64,000 nucleotides of DNA from an uncultured archaeon (GCA_964493715.1 CAZBPC010000002.1:64001-128000); one strand, 5' to 3'; counted from the first letter of the stretch, positions 20,694 through 30,912 are shown. Made by a program: numbers and translations. Notes: generated from the letters alone by a model not told the origin.

Positions 20694-21880
20694 ATGGCTA
20701 AAAATGTAAAGCGAATAGGAATTTTAACGGGTGGTGGAGTTTCATTTAAGATACATCTTTTTGAACCACAGACTGTCCCGGATTAAATTCAGTGATTTAT
20801 GGGATAATGCTGAAAGCTTACGATGCGGATGTAGAATGCGTAGGAATTCTAAAAGGATGGAAAGGTTTTGTTGAAAATTTAACGATTCCCTTAAACATTG
20901 CAGAACATGACGATCTTCATACCAAGGGAGGGACAATATTGTATACAAGTCGTACTAATCCATTTAAAGGAGTTGAGGCTAAAGAGGAAAAAGCAAAGCA
21001 ATTAACTAATCAATTCAATGTGTTAGGTATAGATGCATTAATTGCTATCGGTGGAGATGATACTCTTGGAGTAGCAGATACCATGTATAAAATTGCTAAT
21101 GCAAATGTAGTAGGGGTTCCAAAAACGATAGATAATGACTTGAAGGGTACTCATTACACTTTTGGGTTCTGGAGCGCTGTACAATTAGCTTCTAATGCGA
21201 TGGATAATCTCACAACAACCGCACGTTCACACCAGCGTGTTTTTGTAGTTGAGATTATGGGAAGAGATGCTGGTTTTTTAACCATGTATAGTGGAATTTC
21301 AGCAGGAGCTGATATAATATTGGTTCCTGAAACCCCCTTTAGTTTAGAAAAAGATATTGTTGACGTACTCAAAAAAAGAGCTAATGCTGGGTATAAATAT
21401 CACATCATTGCCACATCTGAAGGAGCTCATCCTCATATCGATTCATTAAATCGAGATTTCAAGACAATTTCAAAGGAAACAATTGATAAATTACCTAAAG
21501 ATACATTTGGGAATCCTTTATTAGCAAAGTTAAACATTTCACAAATTATCGTTGATGAATTAAATTTAAGAGACGATCTAAAAGAAGTATTTCTCCAAAA
21601 TGACGTCGAATTCGAATGCAGGAGCGTAGTTTTGGGACATACAATGCGAGCTGGAACACCTAATTCGTTCGATAGAATTTTGGGATTGAGATTTGGATTA
21701 GCAGCCATGAATATGGTTTTAGAGTCTAAATTTGGGAACATGGTTTCGCTTCAAGGTAATAAAATTAAAACCATGCCGCTTTCGGAAGGGGTAAAAAAGA
21801 AATATATTACCTCAGATAGTGATAAAATGGAATTAAGAGATTTACTTGTAAAAGTGCGGTATCTATCGAAACAAAAATAG
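20694..21880 (+). CDS. pfkA: 6-phosphofructokinase (PfkA family, probably PPi-dependent), join(20694..20739,20772..21880), 384 aa after splicing
   Basis: Exon 1 MAKNVKRIGILTGGG joins DCPGLNSVIYG to give the GGGDCPGLN motif; GGTILYTSR, GGDDT, PKTIDND, EIMGR, LGH..R. GGDD + PK signature suggests PPi use. Confidence 0.93.
20740..20771 (+). other. Putative bulge-helix-bulge (BHB) mRNA intron, 32 nt, in pfk
   Basis: Central helix GTGG(20734-37)/CCAC(20766-69); bulges AGT(20738-40) and AGA(20770-72); inner stems TTCA/TGAA and AAGA/TCTT; cuts AG^T and AG^A rejoin GGA G|AC TGT CCC. Confidence 0.85.
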
Positions 21881-22090
21881 AATTTTACGTCATTTTTTAT
21901 ATTTATCCGAACTGCTTTTCTTCTTCCACATCGCTATCAAGAGTATTTTTCTCTAAATATCTGTCAAGCCCATTTTACGTTAGAATACCACTTCCAGAAG
22001 GGGTAAAAAAGAAATATATTACCTCGGATAGTGATAAAATGGAATTAAAAGATTTGCTGGTAAAAGTTAGAGATTCATCTAAAAAATTAA
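21773..22090 (+). repeat. Diverged direct repeat of pfk 3' end (21773-21880 vs about 21985-22090)
   Basis: GAAGGGGTAAAAAAGAAATATATTACCTC(A/G)GATAGTGATAAAATGGAATTAA occurs twice, 212 bp apart; second copy reads IPLPEGVKKKYITSDSDKMELKDLLVKVRDSSKK. Confidence 0.93.
21903..21978 (-). pseudogene. Remnant of acyl-CoA dehydrogenase 3' end
   Basis: Minus strand reads KW(+1 nt)LDRYLEKNTLDSDVEEEKQFG*, matching [23 protein letters not shown] at the end of 23345..24589. Confidence 0.8.
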
Positions 22091-23307
22091 AATATTAAAT
22101 CCTTAGGCCTAACATCAGGAGCTTTAAGAAGAATTAACCCTGATATAACCGTTATACAAGCTGCTACTGCAAAAGGAGTCCATCCTATTATTTCTATTAG
22201 TGATCCTCCTCTCATTATTGTAATACTTGATAAATCTACAATATATCCCATAAATATCGGACCAAACACAAAACCTATATCTCCAATCGTACGATACACG
22301 CCCATATAAATTTCAAGTTTATCCTGAGGCGCAATATCAGTCACATAAGCAGCTATTGGCCCTGAAAGCCCAATCAAAGCTCCATAAATAAACATAACAA
22401 AAGAAATGTAAATCAGATTTGAAGTAAAAGGAATCCAAAGGGTTACTGGTGCAGAAACGACAAGTGATAATAAAAGAGGAGTTCGTCGCCCAATTTTGTC
22501 TGAAATCAAGCCAATAGGTAACATGGTAATTGTAGTTGCAATAGCCGCTATGGTTAATAATATACCAATATCAAATTCATTTAAACCAAGGTTATTACCC
22601 GAAAAAAGTGGTACAAGAGTGTTTCGCACTCCCGTCCGTATAAAGAATAACGAAAAAATTGAGGGAAGAACTGGAATGAATGATGGATCTCTTAAACTGA
22701 ACCTTACTTGATGATAGAGATCTTGAATCTTAATAGGTTCCTTTTCATTCGAATTATTCACTCTTGGCAACGTAAGAGTGGGAACGATCCCTATAGCAGA
22801 TATAATAGCATAAGCAAAAAATGGAGCGTTTATACCATATAAATCTGCAATAAAACCACCAAAACTTGGCCCAAAAATGGATCCCAATAATAAAAAACCA
22901 GAATAAATGCTCATTAAAAAACCTCGTCTTTCTGGGCTAGCAACTAATGCAATAAAAATGGTTGCAATTGTTACATAAATTGCAGAACCAAAACCTTCAA
23001 TAAATCGAGCTAAAAGTAAAATCCAATAATATTGAGCTGATCCCGCCAAAATTGAGGATCCCGATATGAGTATTAATCCCAAAAGCATCAAATTCTTTTT
23101 ATTATATCTTTGAGATAAGAAACCAGCTGGTAAATCAATGAACATGCGAGCAATTCCAAATGCAGACACCACAAGTCCAATAAGCGTATAATTAACATTA
23201 AAAGATTCGGCATAAAAAGGTAAAATTGGAGCAATTATGCTTAATCCCAATAATACGAGAAAGGTGACAACCGCAAGGTTTAATGTGATTATAAGGTCTC
23301 TTTTTAT
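22087..23307 (-). CDS. MFS transporter (DHA1-like)
   Basis: About 12 TM segments, GLISDKIGRR motif A; frame extends upstream of TTG 23250 through TM1 (IKRDLIITLNLAVVTFLVLLG) to a probable ATA start at 23307. Confidence 0.88.
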   Translation of the reverse strand: MKRDLIITLNLAVVTFLVLLGLSIIAPILPFYAESFNVNYTLIGLVVSAFGIARMFIDLPAGFLSQRYNKKNLMLLGLILISGSSILAGSAQYYWILLLARFIEGFGSAIYVTIATIFIALVASPERRGFLMSIYSGFLLLGSIFGPSFGGFIADLYGINAPFFAYAIISAIGIVPTLTLPRVNNSNEKEPIKIQDLYHQVRFSLRDPSFIPVLPSIFSLFFIRTGVRNTLVPLFSGNNLGLNEFDIGILLTIAAIATTITMLPIGLISDKIGRRTPLLLSLVVSAPVTLWIPFTSNLIYISFVMFIYGALIGLSGPIAAYVTDIAPQDKLEIYMGVYRTIGDIGFVFGPIFMGYIVDLSSITIMRGGSLIEIIGWTPFAVAACITVISGLILLKAPDVRPKDLIF

Positions 23308-23344
23308 ATCACATCTCCCCTTGTTATGATTTTAGCATAACTAA

Positions 23345-24589
23345 TTAACCAAAATGTTTTTCTTCTTGATGATCTGAATCAATTGCGTCTTTCTCAACAT
23401 CACGATCAACCCATTTTTCGCTTAGTAATTCTTTATAGTATTCATGTTGTATTATCATGTTCATGATCTCTGTGGTTCCCGTCCACAATTCACCTATCCT
23501 TGAATCGCGTAAAATTTTTTCGATGGGATAGACTGTGGTATAACCAATACCCCCCATGATCTGCATCGCATTGTTTATGACTTTCCAACAAGATTTAGTT
23601 GAAAATTTTTTCGATTCTGAGACTAACCTTCTTTGTAAAGCAGGTGGTGCTCCTGCATCAATCGTTCTAGCAGTATTAAGAACAATTGCTCTTGCAGCGT
23701 CTAAAAGTGTAATACTATCTGCAACTTTAAAATTTATTGCTTGGAAGTTTTTTATTGTTTGTCCAAAAGCTTTTCTTTTAGTTGAATATTTGGTAGCAAT
23801 ATGAAGACAAGTTCTTGCTGATCCTAATGAACCCGCTGCCGTTGTGAGACGTTCAGGAACCATCATTTGATAAAAAATTCTTCCTCCTTGTCCTTCTCCC
23901 ATAATGATATTCTCTTTCGGTACTTGAACATTTGTAAATTTGAGTCTTCCAGCACCCCCACCTCTAGTTCCTAATAAACCATAAATGTACTCCGTTTCTA
24001 CACCTTCGCTACGATCCACGATAAATAGACTAAGAGATGATCGAGAATCCGATTTCGGATCCAAGTTAGTTTTAGCATAAACTAAAAAAAAGTCAGCTCC
24101 CTCAGCTCCCACAACAAAACGTTTTTCCCCATTCAGGATATAATAATCCCCTTCTTTAACAGCGGTGCAAGTTGCTCCAAAAAAATCAGATCCTCCTCTT
24201 GGTTCTGTTAGAGCTTCTGCAGTATACTTTTTACCCTCACACATTGGCTTCAAGTAATTTAATTTTTGACCTTCAGAGCCAAATAAATTCATGGCTTCTC
24301 CAGTAATAATAGGAAGAGAATATAAGCATGGTAATGAGCTCCCAAGTACGCCTACTTCTTCAAGAGCAACAACTTCACATTCCCAATTTAAGCCTCGACC
24401 ACCAAATTCCTTGGGAAACCTTAATCCTATAAGATTTTTTTTGCCAAGATTCTGCAGGAATTCAGTTGGATAATTGATTTCTTCTTTATCCATTTTTTTA
24501 ATTAAGGTGTGAGGAACATCGTCTCTTACAAATGAACGTACTTCTTCTTTTATTTTTTTAGCATCTTCACTTATTATATAATCAAACAT
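23345..24589 (-). CDS. Acyl-CoA dehydrogenase
   Basis: [45 protein letters not shown]. Confidence 0.95.
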   Translation of the reverse strand: MFDYIISEDAKKIKEEVRSFVRDDVPHTLIKKMDKEEINYPTEFLQNLGKKNLIGLRFPKEFGGRGLNWECEVVALEEVGVLGSSLPCLYSLPIITGEAMNLFGSEGQKLNYLKPMCEGKKYTAEALTEPRGGSDFFGATCTAVKEGDYYILNGEKRFVVGAEGADFFLVYAKTNLDPKSDSRSSLSLFIVDRSEGVETEYIYGLLGTRGGGAGRLKFTNVQVPKENIIMGEGQGGRIFYQMMVPERLTTAAGSLGSARTCLHIATKYSTKRKAFGQTIKNFQAINFKVADSITLLDAARAIVLNTARTIDAGAPPALQRRLVSESKKFSTKSCWKVINNAMQIMGGIGYTTVYPIEKILRDSRIGELWTGTTEIMNMIIQHEYYKELLSEKWVDRDVEKDAIDSDHQEEKHFG

Positions 24590-24811
24590 TCAAGATTCAC
24601 TTGATTAATTGTATTGTTCTATGATAATATATTCAAGATTATAATTATTTTTTATTATTTATTATATGTATCAAAATTAATTCATGAATTCATTCATACT
24701 TCACTTAAAGAATCTATTTTAAGTAGAAGTCGTTTTTATTCTAGGGTATAAATATCTGAATATATATAACTATATAAAAAAGTCATAAGAAAAATTATAA
24801 GTTAACCAATT

Positions 24812-26058
24812 ATGTTTACAAAAATAAAAAAAAATTATAAGAAATACCCAAATCCATTTAAAGTTCTGATTCTCGCCACATTCATCGATAGATTTGGAGG
24901 TTTTTTATTATTTCCCTTTTTTTCAGTGTCTCTTATAGAACATTTTAAAGTAACAATAATTGAGGTAGGATTTTTATTTTCTATATTTGCTGGTGGAAGC
25001 ATAATTGGTAGTACGATAGGAGGAGCATTAACTGATAAATATGGCCGTCGTTCGATGCTGTTATTAGGTTTAATTTCAAGTGGAATTGGTAGTATCTTAA
25101 TGGGTATAGTTAACGATTTATATCTTTTTTTATACTAGCAGCAGTTTTAGGCACATTAGGAGACTTGGGAGGTCCAGCCCGGCAAGCAATGGTTGTGGAT
25201 TTACTTCCAGAAGATAGACGAGCAGATGGATTTGGATTATTACGAGTGGCTGTAAATCTCGCAGCAGTAATGGGACCAATTCTTGGTGGAATGTTGCTAA
25301 ATAGTTCATATCTGTTCTTATTTATATTAGACGCAGTATGTCGCTTAATTACTGCCTTAATTGTATTCATAGTCATTCCAGAAACAAAACCTGAAAAACC
25401 AGAAGGCAAACTGGAAGAATCTGTAATGAAAACTATAGCTGGATATGAGGAGGTCCTTAAAGATGGATTGTATATATCATTTCTTTCCATTTCTGCTTTG
25501 ACGGTACTAGTTTACATGCAAATGAGCAGTACGTTATCGGTATTTTTGTGGGACGTGTACGAGTTTCCATTAAGCTTGTTTGGTGTGTTGTTGAGTATGA
25601 ATGCGCTGATGGTGGTATTCTTTCAGTTCTTGATAACTAGAATGACCGCAAAGTATGCACCCATGAAAATGATGGCTTTCGGCACACTTCTTTATATGAT
25701 TGGTTTTGGGATGTATGGTTTTGTCTCCTTACCATACTTGTTTTTCGTGGCTATGGCAATTCTAACAGTTGGAGAAATGATTGTAATACCCGTATCACAA
25801 GCTACAGTAGCTCATTTTGCTTCTGAAGATAAACGAGGGCGATATATGGCAGTGTTTGGTTTTCACTGGTCGATTCCAACCTTATTTGGAGTCTCAGCTG
25901 CTAGTTTTGTCTATATTTCGCTTGGTCCGAATTGGGTATGATATTTAGCTGGAATTTTATGCCTGATTGCTATCATCGGTTTTTTAATACTCAATGGTAT
26001 CGCAAAAGATCGTTTTTCGAATCCGACAGAAATTTTGGTTGAAAAATTTAGTGAATAA
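24812..26058 (+). pseudogene. MFS transporter, disrupted (frameshift plus in-frame stop)
   Basis: T7 run at 25125-25131 is one T short of joining DLYLF to FILAAVLGTLGDLGGPARQAM; TGA at 25939-41 (likely from TGG) is followed in frame by YLAGILCLIAIIGFLIL...EKFSE* to 26058. Confidence 0.8.
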
Positions 26059-26199
26059 CAAATATTCCATTGATTTTTTTACTTTTTTTAGAGATTATTA
26101 AGGTAATATAGAGATCTATCTTAAAGTATTACGAAGGTATATATTAAAGTGCGTGAAAGTTTAGTTTCACGAATTCATTAATGTAAAAAATCTTGAATT

Positions 26200-26496
26200 T
26201 TAAATCTCGAATATTTCTTTAGCTTTTTCTTCTATAATTTTGTTATTTACTAGATCCCATATTTCAGAGTAATAAAACTCATCATCATTTTTTACTATTA
26301 AAGGAATACTTTCTACACATGCACTCATATCGCAATATAGACTGTTAAAGGTCGGATTTTTCATCAAAGGATCATTAAAATCATTTGGATCTTGGTAATC
26401 AAGAATCTTATAATCAATGTTCTTATCTTTTAGCCATTCTTTCAAGATTTCACAGAAAACACAATGCTTCTTAATAACAATTTTAAATTTAGCCAT
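26200..26496 (-). CDS. Glutaredoxin-like protein
   Basis: KKHCVFCEILKEWL CxxC motif plus SIPLIV cis-Pro-like motif, 98 aa. Confidence 0.7.
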   Translation of the reverse strand: MAKFKIVIKKHCVFCEILKEWLKDKNIDYKILDYQDPNDFNDPLMKNPTFNSLYCDMSACVESIPLIVKNDDEFYYSEIWDLVNNKIIEEKAKEIFEI

Positions 26497-26547
26497 AATA
26501 AAATATATTTTAGTAATAATTTAAATTTTTATTTAAAAAAACCAATG

Positions 26548-27699
26548 CTAATCTTCAATTTCAAAAATAATCTTTAAGTATTCATATTTAGAATTGAGTA
26601 ATTTTAATATTTTACGAGAAAAATCTCTCAAATTTTTTGCGTGAATGGGTTTTTCTTCTGCTTGTTCATGGTAAAAATCATGCAGCATCTTTCTAGTTTC
26701 ATCTGGACCATTATCTTCTAAAAATTTAACCCAATGGGTCGATATTCTACAATATATCTTCAAATTCTCATCTGGATGTTTGGATTTATCAAAAATGGAA
26801 TCATTATATTTATTCAATTCACTACTCACTTTTTCAAGATGACTAGCGATTGCTAAAGAACTGCGACATAAACTGATTAAATTGGAGGTGGTTCTTGAAT
26901 TTCTAGTATTTACTGCTTCTTCGAATGCACTCCAACTTTCTAACCATTCATCTTTATGTATTCCTTCTTTTCCATCATTGATCATTGCTACATTTATAAT
27001 ATCGCTTAAATCAACATCATGACCTCTTTTGATTTTTTTATCAAAAATCTGTTTTAGATGTGAGCCTTCGAGAAAAGCACCTGCTCCAAAATCAAGCAAT
27101 TGATTAAGATTATTTGCAGCAAATAATAATTCATTTTTTTTTTCTTCTGAGTTAAGTTTTACCCAATTAACTTTCTTTTCCCATTCTCCAGTTTTTTTAT
27201 TTCTTATGAAATTACATTCCTTTAATTTCGAGTCTAAAAGACTAGTTTGGAACATCCAAAAATCAATATCATCAGTAAATCTTTTCCTTCTCCAATCTCT
27301 AGTGGTATATTTCCCAAGATATAACTTTAAAGTACCCCTAATTACGTTTAATTTCCCATTTTTCAAAGCATTACGCGCCTCTTTACAGTAATAGTGATTT
27401 GGATCATTTGAGCACAATTCTATTTTATTTAATACTTTTCTAGCTTCATTTGCAACAATATCACAAGGAATACTCCCATCAGATGGATAAGCTCTAGACC
27501 CCCCTCTTATAAAATCTTCAAATAAATCATATTCATCATCAGGAATCGAGTACCAAGGATTATTAAAAAAAAATTTTGTAAAGACATAATGAGTGAATTG
27601 ATTTTCATCTTTCCAAGTTTTTTCTACAATGGGAGAAACATCTCTAAGATTATCACCTTTTGCTCTAACATCAGCTTTTATATCCCAAATTCCATTCAT
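26548..27699 (-). CDS. Hypothetical protein, possible nucleotidyltransferase-fold
   Basis: 383 aa ORF; GT...RFTDDIDFW and KIKRGHDVDLSDI resemble DNA-pol-beta-like/AbiEii NTase motifs (inference). Confidence 0.5.
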   Translation of the reverse strand: MNGIWDIKADVRAKGDNLRDVSPIVEKTWKDENQFTHYVFTKFFFNNPWYSIPDDEYDLFEDFIRGGSRAYPSDGSIPCDIVANEARKVLNKIELCSNDPNHYYCKEARNALKNGKLNVIRGTLKLYLGKYTTRDWRRKRFTDDIDFWMFQTSLLDSKLKECNFIRNKKTGEWEKKVNWVKLNSEEKKNELLFAANNLNQLLDFGAGAFLEGSHLKQIFDKKIKRGHDVDLSDIINVAMINDGKEGIHKDEWLESWSAFEEAVNTRNSRTTSNLISLCRSSLAIASHLEKVSSELNKYNDSIFDKSKHPDENLKIYCRISTHWVKFLEDNGPDETRKMLHDFYHEQAEEKPIHAKNLRDFSRKILKLLNSKYEYLKIIFEIED

Positions 27700-27827
27700 T
27701 TGAAATTCTTTTTAGTTTAATATTACTAATAAAATTAAATGAACAAACCAAACTTAAATCTTTTTTCTATAAAATAAAGAAGTAATCAAGCATATAGTAT
27801 AAATAGAATATCTATTTCTTTCTCAAT

Positions 27828-28511
27828 ATGAAAGAACTCTTTTCAGTTTTTGTATATGCACCTTGGGATAAGCTCAAAACAAAGAAGCTAACAGAAATTA
27901 GATTATTATCTCTCAAAAGCATATTTGAAAAATATCCCGTAATTGAACGGAAATTTTTTGATGATCTATCAGAAAACATTAGCAAAAACATCCATTATTC
28001 TTGGTTCGAATGTATTAAAAGAATTGTAGGCCCTGACAAAGAAGATTATGAAATTCAAAGTTGGAATATTATTTGGGCAATGGATACGGATAATAGAATC
28101 TACCAATTCTTATTCCAAAAACTAGAGGATTCTGATGAATCTCAAGCAATTATGGTTGGTTTGGCTCCTCCAGAGCTTGGGAAGTTATTTTCAGAATATA
28201 GAGATGATGCAATTCTTAGGATTTTATCCGTATTGAATAATCCAACAAAATTAAAATTCTTGATGGGATTAGCTCCAAAAGGCATATCAATAGCTCAAGA
28301 ACAACAACTTATACAGGCTAATAAAAATAATCTGGACAAGATCAACTTCGTAAACTCACTAAAAGAACTACCAAACATCCAAGGGCAATGGTTTTTTCCT
28401 CGTAATCCAATGTGTCCATTTTGTAAAGGATTGCTGGTTGAGAAAATGGATTATGATATTAGTTGTCAAAAGCTAGTGTGTCCTCAATGCAACTATGAAA
28501 GAAAGAAATAG
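27828..28511 (+). CDS. Hypothetical protein with C-terminal zinc ribbon
   Basis: 227 aa ORF ending CPFC-x-CPQC. Confidence 0.65.
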   Translation: MKELFSVFVYAPWDKLKTKKLTEIRLLSLKSIFEKYPVIERKFFDDLSENISKNIHYSWFECIKRIVGPDKEDYEIQSWNIIWAMDTDNRIYQFLFQKLEDSDESQAIMVGLAPPELGKLFSEYRDDAILRILSVLNNPTKLKFLMGLAPKGISIAQEQQLIQANKNNLDKINFVNSLKELPNIQGQWFFPRNPMCPFCKGLLVEKMDYDISCQKLVCPQCNYERKK

Positions 28512-28592
28512 GATATTAACAATAACAATTTTATTAAATATTAGAATATATAATTTATAACGAAAAATATATTATTTTGGTAGATAATTAAC

Positions 28593-30122
28593 ATGCCATA
28601 TATTGTAGCACTCGATTTAGGCACCACAGGTTGTCGCACTTTTATATTTGACTTATCTGGAAGTATATTAGCAAGTGATTATCAAGAATGGGAGAGTATT
28701 TATCCTGCTCCATCACATGTAGAGCAAGATGCAAATGTTTGGTGGGACTCAATTAAAAGAACAATTGAGAGAGCTATTAAGAAGAGTGGTATTGATAAAA
28801 CTGAAATTGTCAGTTTATCCATAACAAATCAGAGAGAAACTATTGTTCCTGTAGATAAAATGGGAAATCCTTTACACAATGCGCTAGTTTGGCAAGATAG
28901 AAGAACAACGGAACAAGTTGAATATATCAAGAAAAAAATTGGCGTTGAAAAGATATATAAAACAACTGGTTTAACCATAGATCCATATTTTTCCGCTACT
29001 AAAATACTTTGGTTTAAAAATAATAAACCTGAAATCTATAACCAAACTCACAAATTTTTATTGGTCTCAGATTTCATAATACATAAACTCACGGGACAGT
29101 TTGTAACTGATCATTCAAATGCTTCACGAACCATGCTTTTCGATATAAACAATTTGAAATATTCTGAAGAAATTGCTTCTGAATTGGAAATTGACCTTGA
29201 TAAAATGCCAGAATCAATGGAAAGTGGAGTTGATGTTGGAGAAATCGTGTCCAACGAGACTGATTTTGATAAGAAGACGTTAGTTATCACTGGAGCTGGA
29301 GATCAACAATCAGCAGCATTAGGAGTGGGTGTGGTATCACCAGGGGAGATTAAATGCACAACTGGGACGGGTAGTTTTATCCTCGCCTTCCTAGAAGAAC
29401 CTAAATTTGATCCTGAGAGAAGAGTCTTATGTAGTTGTCATGCTGTACCAGGAAAATGGGTTCAAGAGGCAAGCATTTTTACTTCAGGAGCTGTATTAAG
29501 ATGGTTTAGAGACCAAATTGCTGTTGATGAATGTCAAAAAGCTGAAGAATTGGGTCAAGATCCTTATGAAATAATGACATCGGAAGCTGAAAAATCCCCC
29601 ATAGGGTCTAATGGGCTGCTTTTTATACCTCATTTAGTAGGAGCAGGAGCACCTCATTGGAATCCTTATGCAAAGGGAATTTTATTCGGTTTATCACTAG
29701 GTCATCAAAGAAAAGATCTTTATAGAGCAGTTTTAGAAGGAGTAGCTTATGAAGTAAAAAAAAATATTCTTGTTTTTAAATCTCTAGGAATAGATCCGAA
29801 AGAATTAAAAATTACTGGAGGAGGTTCTCGTTCTGATTTATGGAATCAAATATATGCTGATACCTTAGGAATATCTTGTGTAAGAAATGTTAATGAAGAA
29901 GCTACATCTTTGGGGGCAGCAATATTAGCCGCATATGGAGCAGGGTTATTTCCAAATATATCTAAAGCTGCAGAAAATATTTGTAAAGTTGATAAACGAT
30001 GGTCTCCAAATGAAAATCACGCTGAGATTTATGATAAAATATTCCGTTTTTCAAACAGATTGTATTCAATTCTGAGTGAAAATGAGGTTTATAAGAACTT
30101 TAATGATATATTTCAAATTTGA
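28593..30122 (+). CDS. FGGY carbohydrate kinase (xylulokinase/glycerol kinase-like)
   Basis: DLGTTGCR, TNQRET, WQDRRT, SNASRTML, GAGDQQ, GAPHW, GGGSRS. Confidence 0.93.
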   Translation: MPYIVALDLGTTGCRTFIFDLSGSILASDYQEWESIYPAPSHVEQDANVWWDSIKRTIERAIKKSGIDKTEIVSLSITNQRETIVPVDKMGNPLHNALVWQDRRTTEQVEYIKKKIGVEKIYKTTGLTIDPYFSATKILWFKNNKPEIYNQTHKFLLVSDFIIHKLTGQFVTDHSNASRTMLFDINNLKYSEEIASELEIDLDKMPESMESGVDVGEIVSNETDFDKKTLVITGAGDQQSAALGVGVVSPGEIKCTTGTGSFILAFLEEPKFDPERRVLCSCHAVPGKWVQEASIFTSGAVLRWFRDQIAVDECQKAEELGQDPYEIMTSEAEKSPIGSNGLLFIPHLVGAGAPHWNPYAKGILFGLSLGHQRKDLYRAVLEGVAYEVKKNILVFKSLGIDPKELKITGGGSRSDLWNQIYADTLGISCVRNVNEEATSLGAAILAAYGAGLFPNISKAAENICKVDKRWSPNENHAEIYDKIFRFSNRLYSILSENEVYKNFNDIFQI

Positions 30123-30235
30123 AATCCAAATCATTATTTATTTCTTTTGTCTAATTACTTGATTCTGGGGTTAATGAACAATTTTATATAGTTAAATTGT
30201 TATTCATTCTATACATAACAGATCAAGTGAAATTT

Positions 30236-30823
30236 ATGGAAACTCTTAAAGAAATAGATTATAGTTCTAACCAAAAAGCTGTAGGTGAATTATTTTATAT
30301 CTTTATGGTGATAGCATGCATTGGAATTGTGATCGGGGTTGTATGGTCTATTTTAGATTTTGTTATGCCTTTAGGGAAATTTGACATATTCCTTGCATTA
30401 AATCTAGGATACCAGATTGCGATAATAGCTGGATTTTTAGCCGCATTATTTTTGCTTTTGATCTTTTTCTTTGGTTTATTCAAAAAAGGAGCAAAAGGAG
30501 TATTAAGATTTATTTTTAGAGAAAGAGAACTAGAAGAAAGGTATAAAAATCGTCTTGATGTTAAGATTGCAGCAGGAGGATTATTACTTAGCATCATGGC
30601 AGTAATAGTCGGCATAATAATTGCTATCATACAAGATGTCGTAGCAGGATCCGGTTCTTCACCTTTAGCAAGCTTATTTACTGAATTTTCTGCTGGTAAT
30701 TGGGTATTATTTGGAGGTATAGCATTCTTAGCGTTAGTAGGATTGTCATTATTTTTGATATTTTTCTGGAAAAATGGAAATTATGCCATCATGAAAATCG
30801 TGGGAATTCTCGAAAAAGAATAA
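30236..30823 (+). CDS. Hypothetical membrane protein (4 TM, internal two-fold repeat)
   Basis: Two similar halves ending LLIFFFGLFKKG and LFLIFFWKNG. Confidence 0.7.
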   Translation: METLKEIDYSSNQKAVGELFYIFMVIACIGIVIGVVWSILDFVMPLGKFDIFLALNLGYQIAIIAGFLAALFLLLIFFFGLFKKGAKGVLRFIFRERELEERYKNRLDVKIAAGGLLLSIMAVIVGIIIAIIQDVVAGSGSSPLASLFTEFSAGNWVLFGGIAFLALVGLSLFLIFFWKNGNYAIMKIVGILEKE

Positions 30824-30912
30824 TCTCTCTTTTCTTTCTATTTTATGGTTTGAAATTAGAAAATTAAAGCAGTTATTTCATTTTTATTTCATACTTATCC
30901 TTTTTTAACTCA

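Noticed and set aside
20734-20771. Spliceosomal-looking GT...pyrimidine tract...CAG reading of the pfk insertion
   Set aside because: Removing 20739-20771 (33 nt) leaves the gene out of frame (GGA ACT GTC CCG GAT TAA). Removing 20734-20771 keeps frame but deletes two glycines of GGGD. Only the 32-nt BHB cut restores the motif.
25939-25941. TGA as selenocysteine in the MFS gene
   Set aside because: Context NWV*YL fits Trp (TGG to TGA), the protein is not a redox enzyme, and the gene has a second lesion.
26154-26172. Hairpin CGTGAAA-GTTTAG-TTTCACG between convergent genes
   Set aside because: Single 7-bp stem with no second copy; cannot support a terminator or operator call.
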